Positions 1-9,686 of a DNA stretch of 54,518 nucleotides are shown here, piece after piece (position 1 is the first letter of the stretch; each line of letters starts with the position of its first letter). This DNA comes from a candidate division WOR-3 bacterium (GTDB taxonomy: Bacteria > Hydrothermota > Hydrothermia > B15-G9 > WFZT01), in the NCBI GenBank assembly GCA_027053075.1, contig JALUEE010000023.1:1-54518 (forward strand), written 5' to 3'. Under the pieces are notes generated by a model. It was given only the letters and a program-made list of their open reading frames with translations, did no database searches and was not told the DNA's origin. The translations under genes were made by a program, and so were the position numbers.

Positions 1-122
1 AGGTGTGTGGAGTAAGCCAGAGCCGAGGTTTAAGGGTGTATTACCTGAGTTACACAGGATGTTTAGAGAAGTTTATGAGGAGGAGTGAAATGATGGTTTA
101 CACAAAATTCTTGACAAGTGTC
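1..122 (+). mobile_element. Right end of an IS256-family-like element (transposase C-terminus 2..88 plus right terminal inverted repeat), inserted into the IS110 recombinase gene
   Basis: Frame 2 reads GVWSKPEPRFKGVLPELHRMFREVYEEE* (TGA at 86-88), resembling IS256 transposase C-termini. It is followed by TTACACAAAATTCTTGACA (98-116), typical of IS256-family IRs. Exact end uncertain by a few bp. Confidence 0.65.
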
Positions 123-865
123 CCATTGATCTCCAATATCTGCCTCACTATCGTCTTTATTATCAGCATCTCCGCCTCTGTTAATTCCTGTATCGGTGCA
201 CTCCTCGCTACCTCTATTACCTTCCTGACTATGCTCCTCCTTATTTTTTGTCTTCCAACCCTTATCTTCATTAATTCCTCTTCCCCAGCTCCCAGTATTA
301 AATGTGGTGATGGAAATCTCTGGAGTATGTGTAGAAAACTGATAGGTAACCCGCTCTTCACAAGAATTCTATATCCGGGAAAATAGATTCTCAGTATGTG
401 GTACAATTGATTCTTTAAAGAGGCCATATTCTCTATGAAGGTACGTCTTGTGCGAACGAGATGACGCAGACGTTGGAGGAAGAGGGGGATGTGATAGTCT
501 CCCTGAGGTTTGATAGTGGCCAGGTAGCGGGCTATAATTTGAGCATCGATACGGTCGGTTTTGGCACTGACGTTTAGGGCTTTAGCGAAGTAACGGACGG
601 AGGCGGGGTTGAGTTGATGGACTTCAATGTTATCCATGGCTTGGAGGGTATGTAGGATACCGATATGGAAGTCACCGGTGGATTCGAGGCCGCAGACGAT
701 TTTATAGTCTTTGGAGAGGGAGGAAAGGAGTTTAGAGAACTCGCGCCAGCCATCAGGGGTATTAGGGTATTTAGCGGAGGATATGACGGGGTTTGAATTA
801 TCATCGAAGAAGGAGGCAACGAGTTCTCGTGCACTTATATCGACTCCAATGAATAGATTTTTCAT
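98..865 (-). pseudogene. IS110-family DEDD recombinase/transposase, N-terminal ~250 aa, interrupted near 120-125
   Basis: ATG at 865 with GGAGG RBS. RuvC-like DEDD motifs FIGVDIS, LESTG, KTDRIDA, then LRHLVRTR and a coiled coil. The C-terminal catalytic-Ser (Tnp20) domain is absent because the frame runs into the IS256-like end. Confidence 0.9.
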
Positions 866-1126
866 GTTAGAACCTCCTTTTTTATTTTTGAGGAGGTGGA
901 GAGTGGAATCCTCCACCGAAGTGGGTATAGCCTAACCTCCTGAATCGAGTGATTCAGGCACAAATAACAATCCAGGCTTATACCCCAGGTGGAGGGACCA
1001 ATCTTCCTACCGGGGTCAAGCCCCAAGGAGGGGAAAGATCTAAAAACCACTCATTCCACCTCCTCTAAAGTTTTTCTCTATATTGTGAGTGATAACCATA
1101 ATAAATAACAACAAACATTATAGGAG
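123..1126 (-). mobile_element. IS110 element, left portion (left end at about 1124-1126, putative CT core, TATAAT at 1122-1117)
   Basis: Recombinase plus ~260 bp upstream non-coding end. Sequence switches abruptly to a repeat-family copy at 1125. A -10 box sits immediately inside the end, as expected for circle-junction promoters. Confidence 0.75.
890..1065 (-). ncRNA. Putative IS110 bridge RNA (target-binding loop followed by donor-binding loop)
   Basis: Closing stem GAGGAGGTGGA..GAGTGG / CCACTC..TCCACCTCCTC encloses two stem-internal-loop-hairpin domains. Loop segments match the flanking target (1026-1036 equals 1125-1135) and the IS end. Confidence 0.75.
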
Positions 1127-1222
1127 GAGGGGAAATTTACGATTGGTCTGCAATTATCAGTGAGATTATGAGTATCCGTTGGATGAGGTGGCAACTAAAA
1201 ATTAGATTTTTAGAACGAGCTC
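1125..1222. repeat. Right half of a REP-containing MITE-like element split by the IS110 insertion
   Basis: Colinear similarity to about 3075-3173. Ends in TIR-like TTTTAGAACGAGCTC. Confidence 0.8.
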
Positions 1223-1242
1223 ACTCTAATTTGGGGGAAAGT

Positions 1243-1289
1243 TTAGGGGTGTGGGGCCGCGCACTTCGTGCGCAGCCCCACACCCCTAA
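1243..1289. terminator. Long GC-rich hairpin downstream of the oxidoreductase gene (likely terminator)
   Basis: TTAGGGGTGTGGGGCCGCGCAC-TTC-GTGCGCAGCCCCACACCCCTAA, near-perfect inverted repeat ending just before the stop at 1297. Confidence 0.6.
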
Positions 1290-1296
1290 TAAAATC

Positions 1297-2649
1297 TTAC
1301 GGCAGTTGCTTTAATGCTACTCTACATGCCTGCTGAATGGGCTCCCATACGGGAGATAATCTCGGTGTATAATCAAAATCTACAAACAGCAGGTCCTGAA
1401 TTCTCATACCCTGAGTAATGGCCATGGCAGCAATAGCATTAACACGTTCCGTTCTCTCCGGCCCCACTGCCTGAGCTCCCAGGATACGTCCCGAAGGTTT
1501 TTCAAATACAAGTTTTATCCATACGGGTTTGTGATTTGGCATATAATGTGCTGCATTGTTGGCTTTAATCAAAACTGACCCCACGTTGAAACCTTCTGCC
1601 TTTGCCTCTTCCTCAGACAATCCTGTCTTTGCGACAATCATTCCAAACAGCTCTGTAGATTGAGTCCCAATTACTCCGGGGAATTTAAAACTACCACCTG
1701 CTGCCACATCTCCGGCAACCAGCCCGGTCTTGTTTGCAATATCACCGAGCGGAACATACATCGGCTTGCCAGTAATTAAATTCTTCACCGAAATACAGTC
1801 ACCTGCGGCAAAAATATCTGGGTCATTCGTCTTCATCTCACAGTCAACCTTTATGCCACCATCGGGATTAAGCTCGAGACCAGCATCTATCGCAAGTTCA
1901 TTTCTTGGTTTTACCCCCACGGAAAGGAGAACAAGATCAGCTTCAAACTCCTTACCGCCAGCAACAACACTTTTAACCCTTCCATTTTCACCCTTTATCT
2001 CTTCAACGGGCGAGGAAAGGGCAAATTTAATACCATTTGCCTCCAAATGTTCCTTAACCATGGATGAAACATCGGTATCGAAGTTTTTCATAATCCTATC
2101 GAGCATCTCGACAACGATAACATTTTTACCGTATTTCACAATACCTTCTGCCACTTCGAGGTTAACATAACCCGCCCCGACGAGAACAACATTTTTAACC
2201 CTATCACTCTCAAGCTCATTCCTGATTACAACACCCTCATCGAGTGAATGGAGCGTGTAAACGCCCTCAAGGTCAACCCCTTTAATCGCTTTTGGTCTAA
2301 TGGGCTCGGCACCTGTTGTAATGATCAATTTGTCGTATGGAACCTCAACAATCTCGCCAGTATCTGTTCGCTCTGCCACAACAATTTTCCTCTCACGGTC
2401 TATTTTCACCGCTTTGTGAAATAGCTTAATCTCCACATTTCTTGTCTTTTCGAACTTCTCCTTTGGAACGGACACAAGATCCTCAATATTTTTGACCTCT
2501 CCAGAGAGATAGTACGGTAAACCACATAAACCATAGGAAACCCATTTATCCATTTCAAGAACAATAATTTCTCCCTCTTTGTCCTTTCTTCTGATCTGAG
2601 AAGCAGCAGAGAGTCCAGCAGCGTCTGCTCCTATTATCAAATACCTCAT
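1297..2649 (-). CDS. CoA-disulfide reductase / NADH oxidase family FAD-dependent oxidoreductase
   Basis: IIGADAAG FAD motif, SYGLCGLPYY single redox Cys, VGAGYV NAD motif, FAAGD, C-terminal YTPRLSPVWEP dimerisation motif. Confidence 0.9.
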   Translation of the reverse strand: MRYLIIGADAAGLSAASQIRRKDKEGEIIVLEMDKWVSYGLCGLPYYLSGEVKNIEDLVSVPKEKFEKTRNVEIKLFHKAVKIDRERKIVVAERTDTGEIVEVPYDKLIITTGAEPIRPKAIKGVDLEGVYTLHSLDEGVVIRNELESDRVKNVVLVGAGYVNLEVAEGIVKYGKNVIVVEMLDRIMKNFDTDVSSMVKEHLEANGIKFALSSPVEEIKGENGRVKSVVAGGKEFEADLVLLSVGVKPRNELAIDAGLELNPDGGIKVDCEMKTNDPDIFAAGDCISVKNLITGKPMYVPLGDIANKTGLVAGDVAAGGSFKFPGVIGTQSTELFGMIVAKTGLSEEEAKAEGFNVGSVLIKANNAAHYMPNHKPVWIKLVFEKPSGRILGAQAVGPERTERVNAIAAMAITQGMRIQDLLFVDFDYTPRLSPVWEPIQQACRVALKQLP

Positions 2650-2807
2650 TTTTCTCCTCCCTTTTAGAGAATTTATGCTATTTTAACACAACAGAATTAA
2701 AATGTCTAAACAAGTTCAAAAATTCCAACCTCAAGACTGGTGTTTGAGTAATAAGGGCATCTTAGTATTTTCTTTACATTGACTAACTTTTAGGAGATTA
2801 ACGGAAC

Positions 2808-2850
2808 GAGCGACCTTCCCCGCCTGCGGCGCAGGCGGGGAAGGTCGCTC
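2808..2850. repeat. Perfect 20-bp inverted repeat hairpin
   Basis: GAGCGACCTTCCCCGCCTGC-GGC-GCAGGCGGGGAAGGTCGCTC. Confidence 0.85.
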
Positions 2851-2869
2851 AAACAGGCTCACTAAAAAT

Positions 2870-3173
2870 AAGCTTGTTCAAAAAATGTTACCTCAGTCTT
2901 CCATTAATCAGTGAATGTACAATGGTGGGAAATGTGCTATTTAGTGATTCACGTCTCTTCACCCTCCCTTCCCTCCGGGAAGGGAGGGCTGGGGTGGAAT
3001 GGGGAAATTATGATCGGCAAAACTTTGGGCTTATTTATTTTTCCCATTCTCCCCTACCCCCTCCTTCCAAAGGAAGGAGGGGGAATTTATTGATTGGCAT
3101 GCGATTGTCAGCGAGGTTATGAGGATCCGTTGCGAAAGGTAGCAACAAAAATTTAGAATTTTCGAATAGGCTC
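2870..3173. mobile_element. ~304-bp MITE-like element carrying an inverted REP doublet, with 9-bp target duplication
   Basis: TIRs AAGCTTGTTCAAAAA / TTTTCGAATAGGCTC. ACTAAAAAT at both 2861-2869 and 3174-3182. Internal hairpins near 2962-2988 and 3059-3081. Confidence 0.75.
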
Positions 3174-3181
3174 ACTAAAAA

Positions 3182-3210
3182 TTGACATGACAGGGGGAAG
3201 TTGTTATTAT
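3182..3210 (+). promoter_or_regulatory. sigma70-type promoter of tRNA-Gly
   Basis: TTGACA (3182-3187), 17 bp, TATTAT (3205-3210), 15 bp before the tRNA. Confidence 0.7.
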
Positions 3211-3225
3211 ATTACCGCTTTACAT

Positions 3226-3297
3226 GCGGGAGTAGCTCAGAGGTAGAGCACAACCTTGCCAAGGTTGGGGTCGCGGGTTCAAATCCCGTCTCCCGCT
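3226..3297 (+). tRNA. tRNA-Gly(GCC)
   Basis: GCGGGAG/CTCCCGC acceptor stem, CAACC-TTGCCAA-GGTTG anticodon arm, GGTTCAAATC T-loop. CCA not encoded. Confidence 0.97.
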
Positions 3298-3351
3298 CTT
3301 TTTTATCCTCCTTTCCCTATCCCATCCCTTGATTTATAATACATCTGTTAT

Positions 3352-5052
3352 ATGAGATGGATTAGACTGAAAGAGCAGGCAAGTGCGGAAGAATTAAGAA
3401 ACAAATTATCCATTCCCCTTCCCATCGCAAAAGTCCTTTCAAACCGTGGATTCAGCGTTGAAGAAGCTCGGATATTTCTGAATCCCAAGATTGAGGACCT
3501 CTATTCACCATTCCTATTAGATGGAGTAAAGGAAGCAGCAGAAAGGGTCAAAAGGGCAATAGAAAACAATGAAATCATTCTTATCCACGGAGACTATGAT
3601 GTTGATGGTGTTACTTCTCTTGCGCTTCTTTATAGAAACCTCAAAAAACTCGGGGCAAAAAATGTAATTCCCTATATTCCAAGTAGATTTGAAGAGGGTT
3701 ACGGCCTGTCTGAGAAGAGTATTGAAATTGCAAAAGAACGTGGTGCAAGCCTCATTATAACCGTTGACTGCGGTGTCACAGCTGTAGAAGAAGCAGAAAT
3801 GGCTACAAAAGAGGGAATTGACCTGATTATCACGGACCATCATGAGCCGGCTGATAAGATTCCACGGGCTTTCGCAGTGATAAACCCAAAATTAGGAGAG
3901 TACCCTTTCCCTGACCTCGCGGGGGTTGGGGTAACCTTTAAGTTTTTGATGGGTCTTTACACGTACCTCGGGCAAAAACTCACCCCGCTTTACTGGGACC
4001 TTGACCTTGTTACCCTTGGCACAGTGGCAGACCTTGTACCTCTCATTGATGAAAACCGCATCCTTGTCAAGTTCGGCTTAAAAACGTTAAACAAAAGCCT
4101 CAAAGCAGGGATCAACGCGCTTAAAAAAGTAGCACGGCTCAATGGCGAGCTACGGACATGGCATATCTCTTTCATCATGGCACCACGTCTCAATGCGGCA
4201 GGTCGTCTTTCCCATGCCCAGAAAGCCTTTGAACTCCTTGTTACAACCGATGGCAAAGAGGCTGCAAGGCTTGCAAAAGAATTAAACGAAGAGAACAAAA
4301 GACGCCAGCAGATTGAAAGCAAAATCTACGAAGAGGCTAAATCTCTTGTTGAACAGTACGAGATGTTTAACGACATGGTTCTTGTTCTTGGGAGTCCGAG
4401 CTGGCATGAAGGTGTAATCGGAATTGTGGCCTCAAAACTCGTTGAAGACTACTACCGCCCCACTCTTATGATCAGTGTAAATGGTGAAACCGCAAAAGGG
4501 TCGGGGAGGAGCATTCCGACATTTCACCTGTTCAATGCCATGAGAAAGGTTGAGGACCTGTTTATGGCCTTCGGCGGCCACAAATATGCAGCCGGATTCC
4601 GGATATCGACCGCTGACATTGACGAGCTTAGAAAAAGGATAAACGAAGTCGCAAGAAAAATGCTCACGTCCGAAGACCTTATTCCGGAAGTGCATATTGA
4701 CGCAGAAGTTACACTTCAAGACCTGGACGAAAAATTCTTTGAAGCTTACGAGATGCTTTCACCCTTTGGGCAGGGCAATCCACGGCCTGTATTTTGCATA
4801 AAAGAGGCGGAGGTAGTTGGGGAGCCCAAAGTAGTCGGAGAAAATCACCTGAAATTTGCTCTAAGGCAGGGAAATGCACACATCTTTGCCTTTGCTCCCC
4901 AAAAGGCATCTTTGATTAAAAAAGTCCGTCCGCTCTCGAGAGTGGACATCGTCTTTACGTTTACAAGAGACGAGTGGGCAAGAAACCCCAGGTATGAGCT
5001 GAGGGTTATTGACATTAGATTTAAAGGAGGAGAAGATGAAAAATCTCAGTGA
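3352..5052 (+). CDS. recJ: Single-stranded-DNA-specific exonuclease RecJ
   Basis: GDYDVDG, ITVDCG, TDHH, GTVADLVPL, PRLNAAGRL, GSGRS, FGGHKYAAG, PFGQGNP motifs. Confidence 0.96.
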   Translation: MRWIRLKEQASAEELRNKLSIPLPIAKVLSNRGFSVEEARIFLNPKIEDLYSPFLLDGVKEAAERVKRAIENNEIILIHGDYDVDGVTSLALLYRNLKKLGAKNVIPYIPSRFEEGYGLSEKSIEIAKERGASLIITVDCGVTAVEEAEMATKEGIDLIITDHHEPADKIPRAFAVINPKLGEYPFPDLAGVGVTFKFLMGLYTYLGQKLTPLYWDLDLVTLGTVADLVPLIDENRILVKFGLKTLNKSLKAGINALKKVARLNGELRTWHISFIMAPRLNAAGRLSHAQKAFELLVTTDGKEAARLAKELNEENKRRQQIESKIYEEAKSLVEQYEMFNDMVLVLGSPSWHEGVIGIVASKLVEDYYRPTLMISVNGETAKGSGRSIPTFHLFNAMRKVEDLFMAFGGHKYAAGFRISTADIDELRKRINEVARKMLTSEDLIPEVHIDAEVTLQDLDEKFFEAYEMLSPFGQGNPRPVFCIKEAEVVGEPKVVGENHLKFALRQGNAHIFAFAPQKASLIKKVRPLSRVDIVFTFTRDEWARNPRYELRVIDIRFKGGEDEKSQ

Positions 5053-6223
5053 TCTTATGAATGAAGTTTTCACCCTGAAGGATGAAATCATTTCTTTAAG
5101 AAGGGATATCCACGAGCACCCTGAGCTTTCTTTCAAAGAGTTCCGGACTACAGAATTAATAGTCGATTATCTAAAATCACACGGAATTGAAGTGAGCCGC
5201 CCAACTCCCACTGGAGCGGTGGGATTAATAAAAGGGAATGGTGAAGGAAAAACCATTGCCCTGAGGGCGGACATTGATGCCCTGCCCATCAAAGAGGAGA
5301 CCAACCTGCCATTTGCCTCAAAAAATGAAGGTGTTATGCATGCCTGCGGACACGACGCACACACGGCTATGCTTTTAGTGGCGGCAAGAGTCTTGAGCGA
5401 AAATCGTGATAGTTTCAAGGGCACGGTTAAACTCCTATTTCAACCTGCTGAGGAAAAAGCTGGTGGAGCTGTCCAGCTGATAGAGGCTGGAGCTCTTCAA
5501 AATCCACGGCCCGATGCCGTCATGGGCATTCATGTCTGGCCCTACAGTGAAGCAGGTTCCATAGGTTACACCCGCGGACCTGCCATGGCATCCTCGGATT
5601 TCTTTAACGTTAAAATCATTGGTAAAGGTGGACATGGAGCTTATCCTCACAACACCATTGACCCCGTAAACGCACTTGTACACACGGTCTCCGCCCTCAA
5701 CTCACTCGTGGGCAGAACAGTCAATCCACTGGATTCAATAGTCTTGAGTGTCACAACCATACATGCAGGAACAGCAGGTAACATCGTACCGGAAGAGGCC
5801 ACTTTTGGTGGCACAGTAAGAGCATTAAACGAGGACACAAGGACTAGGATTGAGAAACTTTTCAAAGAAATTGCCAGCAAAATCCCCGAGAGTTTTGGCG
5901 CAAAATCGGAGATAGAATACAAAAGGACAACGAGGGTTGTATATAACTCACCAGAATTTATAGACTTCATGCTGGAAGCTGTGAAAGAGGCCGGGGTATT
6001 TAAAAAATTGGAGGAATTACCACCAACCATGGGCTCAGAAGATTTCTCTTTTTATCTTGAGGAGATTAAATACGGTGGCTTCATACGGCTCGGTGTGAAA
6101 AATGAGAAGATTGGGGCTGTTTATGGGCTTCATTCACCTAAATTTATTATAGATGAAGACGCCTTGCCCTACGGCACGGCCCTCCATGTGGCGGTTTCCT
6201 ATAAATTTTTAAACGGGGAGTAA
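5036..6223 (+). CDS. M20D family amidohydrolase
   Basis: ATG 5036 with AGGAGG RBS. HEHPELS, LRADIDALP, MHACGHD, FQPAEE, GGHGA, GSEDFS motifs. Confidence 0.92.
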   Translation: MKNLSDLMNEVFTLKDEIISLRRDIHEHPELSFKEFRTTELIVDYLKSHGIEVSRPTPTGAVGLIKGNGEGKTIALRADIDALPIKEETNLPFASKNEGVMHACGHDAHTAMLLVAARVLSENRDSFKGTVKLLFQPAEEKAGGAVQLIEAGALQNPRPDAVMGIHVWPYSEAGSIGYTRGPAMASSDFFNVKIIGKGGHGAYPHNTIDPVNALVHTVSALNSLVGRTVNPLDSIVLSVTTIHAGTAGNIVPEEATFGGTVRALNEDTRTRIEKLFKEIASKIPESFGAKSEIEYKRTTRVVYNSPEFIDFMLEAVKEAGVFKKLEELPPTMGSEDFSFYLEEIKYGGFIRLGVKNEKIGAVYGLHSPKFIIDEDALPYGTALHVAVSYKFLNGE

Positions 6224-6227
6224 AGCT

Positions 6228-7106
6228 ATGAAATACGTTTTTCTGAATGGTAAATTTGTCCCAAAAGAGGAAGCAAAGATAAGTATTGAGGACAGAGGTT
6301 TCCTCTTTGGAGACGGAATTTACGAGGTGATAAGAGCGTACAATGGCAGGCTTTTTAGGCTTGACGACCACATAGAAAGGCTCTTCAAATCGGCCGAAGC
6401 AATCCGTTTGCCTGAGGTCTACAAAGCAGAAGAAATTAAAGAGTATGTCAATAAATTATTAGAGCTCTCAGATGAAAAAGACGTAGAAATTTATATTGAA
6501 TGGACACGCGGTGTCGCACCACGAGAGCATGCTTTTCCATCCAAATCAGAGCCAACATTCGTCATGATGCTCTTAAAACCTCATTCCCAGCCACCGGAGA
6601 CTTATCGAAAAGGAGTGAAAATTGTTTCATACCCTGAAATTCGCTGGAAGTATCCGTATATCAAGACAGTGAATCTACTTCCCAACGTGCTTGCCAAGCA
6701 GTTTGCCAAAGAAAATGGAGCCTTCGAGGCAATATTTGTCCATGAGGATACAAAAATCGTGACAGAGGGCTCATCTTCCAACGTGCTGATGGTAAAAGAC
6801 GGTAAGGTTTACTGTCATGAGACCAATGAATCCATTCTCTTTGGCATTACACTCAAAGTCGTGATGGAAATATGCGATAAACTCGGCATAGATTTTGTGG
6901 GTGAAAAATTTACCTATGATGAAATGATTAAAGCGGATGAGGTCTTCCTCTCAGGCACAGGTGCCGAAGTAATGCCAGTCGTCATGGTTGATGACAAGGT
7001 GATTGCTGATGGCAAGCCCGGTGAAGTTACAAAGAAGATTCTTGCTGAGTTTTTGAGAATGACCTGGAGAGAGGATAGATTAAAAGAATATCTGGGGGAA
7101 TCATGA
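6228..7106 (+). CDS. dat: D-amino-acid aminotransferase (PLP class IV)
   Basis: EDRGFLFGDGIYEV, TRGVAPREH, IKTVNLLPNVLAK, TEGSSSN motifs. Confidence 0.85.
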   Translation: MKYVFLNGKFVPKEEAKISIEDRGFLFGDGIYEVIRAYNGRLFRLDDHIERLFKSAEAIRLPEVYKAEEIKEYVNKLLELSDEKDVEIYIEWTRGVAPREHAFPSKSEPTFVMMLLKPHSQPPETYRKGVKIVSYPEIRWKYPYIKTVNLLPNVLAKQFAKENGAFEAIFVHEDTKIVTEGSSSNVLMVKDGKVYCHETNESILFGITLKVVMEICDKLGIDFVGEKFTYDEMIKADEVFLSGTGAEVMPVVMVDDKVIADGKPGEVTKKILAEFLRMTWREDRLKEYLGES

Positions 7107-7960
7107 GCGCGATAATTATTGATGGAAAAGAAATTTCTAAAAAAGTAAAAGAAGAGGTAAGGCTTGAGGTCGAAAAGCTCAAGTCCCAGGGGATACCCCC
7201 CAAATTAACAGTTGTTTTGGTGGGAGATGACCCTGCATCTCAGGTATACGTCAGAAATAAAGAGAAAAGTGCCAGGAAGGTGGGAATTGAATCTGATACA
7301 ATCAGGCTTCCAGCAGAGACCAGCGAAGAAGAGCTTGTGGAGCTTGTGAAAAAACTTAACGATGATGAATCAGTTAACGGAATCCTTGTTCAGCTTCCCC
7401 TTCCAGACCACATCTCGAAAGACCGAATAATTGAGACAATTTCACCTATGAAAGATGCCGATGGATTCCATCCCTACAATCTCGGGAGGCTCATGGCAGG
7501 GCTTGAGACTGTGATTCCGTGTACTCCCAATGGAATCATGAGGATGCTGGATGAAATTGGATTTGAGCTCAAGGGTAAAAATGCAGTTGTTATTGGAAGA
7601 AGTGTGATCGTCGGGAAGCCCGTGGCCCAGCTTTTGCTATCAAGGCATGCCACTGTCACCACATGTCATTCGAGGACAAAAAACCTTGAATTTTATACAA
7701 AAAACGCTGATGTGCTCGTTGTGGCTGTGGGTCGTCCTGAAATGATCAGGGGTGAGCAGATCAAAGAGGGGGCTGTGGTAATTGATGTAGGAATAAATCG
7801 AAAAGAGGATGGGAAGCTCGTTGGTGATGTGCATTTTGAAAGTGCCAGTGAGGTTGCATCCTGGATCACCCCGGTGCCTGGTGGTGTAGGACCCATGACA
7901 GTTGCCATGCTTCTTTACAACACCGTCTATCTCACCAAAAAACAACATGGAATAGTCTGA
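7103..7960 (+). CDS. folD: Methylenetetrahydrofolate dehydrogenase/cyclohydrolase
   Basis: ASQVYVRNK, GILVQLPLP, PCTP, GRSVIVGKP, IDVGIN, ITPVPGGVGPMT. Confidence 0.97.
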   Translation: MSAIIIDGKEISKKVKEEVRLEVEKLKSQGIPPKLTVVLVGDDPASQVYVRNKEKSARKVGIESDTIRLPAETSEEELVELVKKLNDDESVNGILVQLPLPDHISKDRIIETISPMKDADGFHPYNLGRLMAGLETVIPCTPNGIMRMLDEIGFELKGKNAVVIGRSVIVGKPVAQLLLSRHATVTTCHSRTKNLEFYTKNADVLVVAVGRPEMIRGEQIKEGAVVIDVGINRKEDGKLVGDVHFESASEVASWITPVPGGVGPMTVAMLLYNTVYLTKKQHGIV

Positions 7961-8009
7961 CTGTCCTGGTGGTTAGCAAGGGATGAATATATGCAAAACA
8001 TTGTTAACT

Positions 8010-8150
8010 ACCCATTGCACCCCAACCCTCCCTTACATTTGGGAAAGGAGGGTGGTCTTAAGCGTTACTTTCTCACGAAGCAAAGATATCAGAGAGTCAA
8101 AGATTTCCCCTCCTTCACCGGGGAAGGAGGGGTTAGGGGAGAATGGGGAA
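8010..8150. repeat. REP-like hairpin doublet (same family as in 2870-3173 and 46511-46661)
   Basis: CCCTCCCTT..AAGGAGGG and CCCCTCCTTC..GAAGGAGGGG hairpins with G-rich GAATGGG tails. Confidence 0.75.
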
Positions 8151-8249
8151 AGAATGGGATTAAAAGGCTTGCGCTCCATAATTTTCAGCTCGCATTTCAT
8201 GTGTATGGGAAACTTAAATTCTAGGTATAGGTGTCGCGAGGTAGTTTGA

Positions 8250-9131
8250 TTGAAAATTCGATTTTTAACAGGTGAGAGTTTTGGTACGCGCTCCATGGCC
8301 ACTGTTATCGAAAAGGATGGGGAATGCCTGTTTATTGACCCCGGTGTGGCTCTCGCTCCCTGGCGCTCCGGTCTCAAGCCCCACCCAATGGAGCTGGAAC
8401 TACGAGATAAACACTGGCAACTAATTAAAAAAGAGCTCGAAAAATGCAGATATGTAGTTATCACTCATTATCACTTTGATCACTTCAATCTCAAGGAACC
8501 TGAGATTTTTAGAGATAAGGTTGTTTTACTCAAGGACCCGGAGAACAATATCAACTGGAGTCAGCACAGACGAGCTTATGTGCTCCTGAAAAATATCAGG
8601 GACATTGCAAAGAAAATTGAGATTTCAGATGGCAGGGAATTTGACCTTGATTGGGTGAAACTGGAGTTTTCCAAACCTGTGTTTCACGGGGCATCATCAA
8701 GGCTGGGGTATGTGACAGAGGTCTTTGTAAAAAACCACACAGGGACATTCCTGTTTACATCTGATGTCCAGGGGCCTATCCACGATGACCAGACAGAATT
8801 TATCCTGAGGAATAACCCACAAATCGTGTATATTGACGGTCCTATGGTATATCTGCTCGGAAATGCGTATGATAAGGAATCCCTTGAGAAGTCCATAAAA
8901 AATTTGAAAAGGATACTTGAGCTGGACAACCTTGAGACTATGGTGCTCGATCATCATTTAACCCGTGACCTCAACTGGAGAGGGTTTATTGAAGAGGTCT
9001 TTGAAGAGGCTGCGAGACTCGGGAAAAAAATTGTGACAGCAGCTGAATTTATGGGAAAGGAGGACAACCTCCTTGAAGCCCGCCGCAAGGAACTCTACCA
9101 GAGATATCCGGTGGATAAGAAAGACAAATAA
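8250..9131 (+). CDS. Metallo-beta-lactamase-fold hydrolase (UPF0282-like)
   Basis: ESFGTRSMAT, IDPGVALAP, THYHFDH, TSDVQGP, LDHHLTRD. TTG start. Confidence 0.8.
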   Translation: MKIRFLTGESFGTRSMATVIEKDGECLFIDPGVALAPWRSGLKPHPMELELRDKHWQLIKKELEKCRYVVITHYHFDHFNLKEPEIFRDKVVLLKDPENNINWSQHRRAYVLLKNIRDIAKKIEISDGREFDLDWVKLEFSKPVFHGASSRLGYVTEVFVKNHTGTFLFTSDVQGPIHDDQTEFILRNNPQIVYIDGPMVYLLGNAYDKESLEKSIKNLKRILELDNLETMVLDHHLTRDLNWRGFIEEVFEEAARLGKKIVTAAEFMGKEDNLLEARRKELYQRYPVDKKDK

Positions 9132-9218
9132 CGTATTGCCCATACGTGATTTGCGGATACCAGGTGACCTGGTAACTTCTCCTCAAAATTTTCTATAAAC
9201 ATATGGGGAAAACTTAAG

Positions 9219-9650
9219 ATGTAGCCCTCACCCCCCTCTCCCGCAAAGCGGGAGAGGGAGATTGATGAATTATTATTGAAATTTTGGCAGTTGTTTCCCC
9301 TCACCTGACCTTTCTCCGCAAAGAATTTATGCGGGGAGAGGAAGTTTTATTTTTCACGGACTTAAGTTATCTTCATTCTATGGCCTAATGAGAAAATAAA
9401 AATATCATGTCATCCAAAAACTCCACTTAAAGGCAAAAACTTTCCATTTTTAAGAGACAGAGCCCAAAAACAGAAGATATTCTCCACAGAGACATTGCCT
9501 GCTGTTGAAAAATCCCCAAAATACTCCCCTCCCCCGCAGGCTTTGCCTGCGGGGGAGGGTAAGGGAGGGGGTTTCCCGCTTGAAACCTTTAAAATTCAAG
9601 ATGTAGCTCTCACCCAATCCCTCTCCCACAAAGTGGGTGATGGAGAAAGT
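9219..9650. repeat. Cluster of four REP-like CCCTCTCCC..GGGAGAGGG hairpins
   Basis: Units near 9219, 9297, 9525 and 9601, reverse-complement-similar to units at 39195-39800. Confidence 0.75.
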
Positions 9651-9686
9651 GGAGGCTCTTGAAAAACAATAGTCCCAAACTGTAAA

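Noticed and set aside
962..1111. 9-nt match AAATAACAA between the donor loop (962-970) and the IS end (1103-1111)
   Set aside because: AT-rich and not adjacent to the CT core, so not counted as a guide. It could be chance or a sub-terminal repeat, which cannot be tested without the right end.
2874..3122. Short ORFs over repeat elements (also 7983-8249, 9095-9746, 46282-46721)
   Set aside because: They are translations of REP/MITE sequence with no RBS or recognisable domain.
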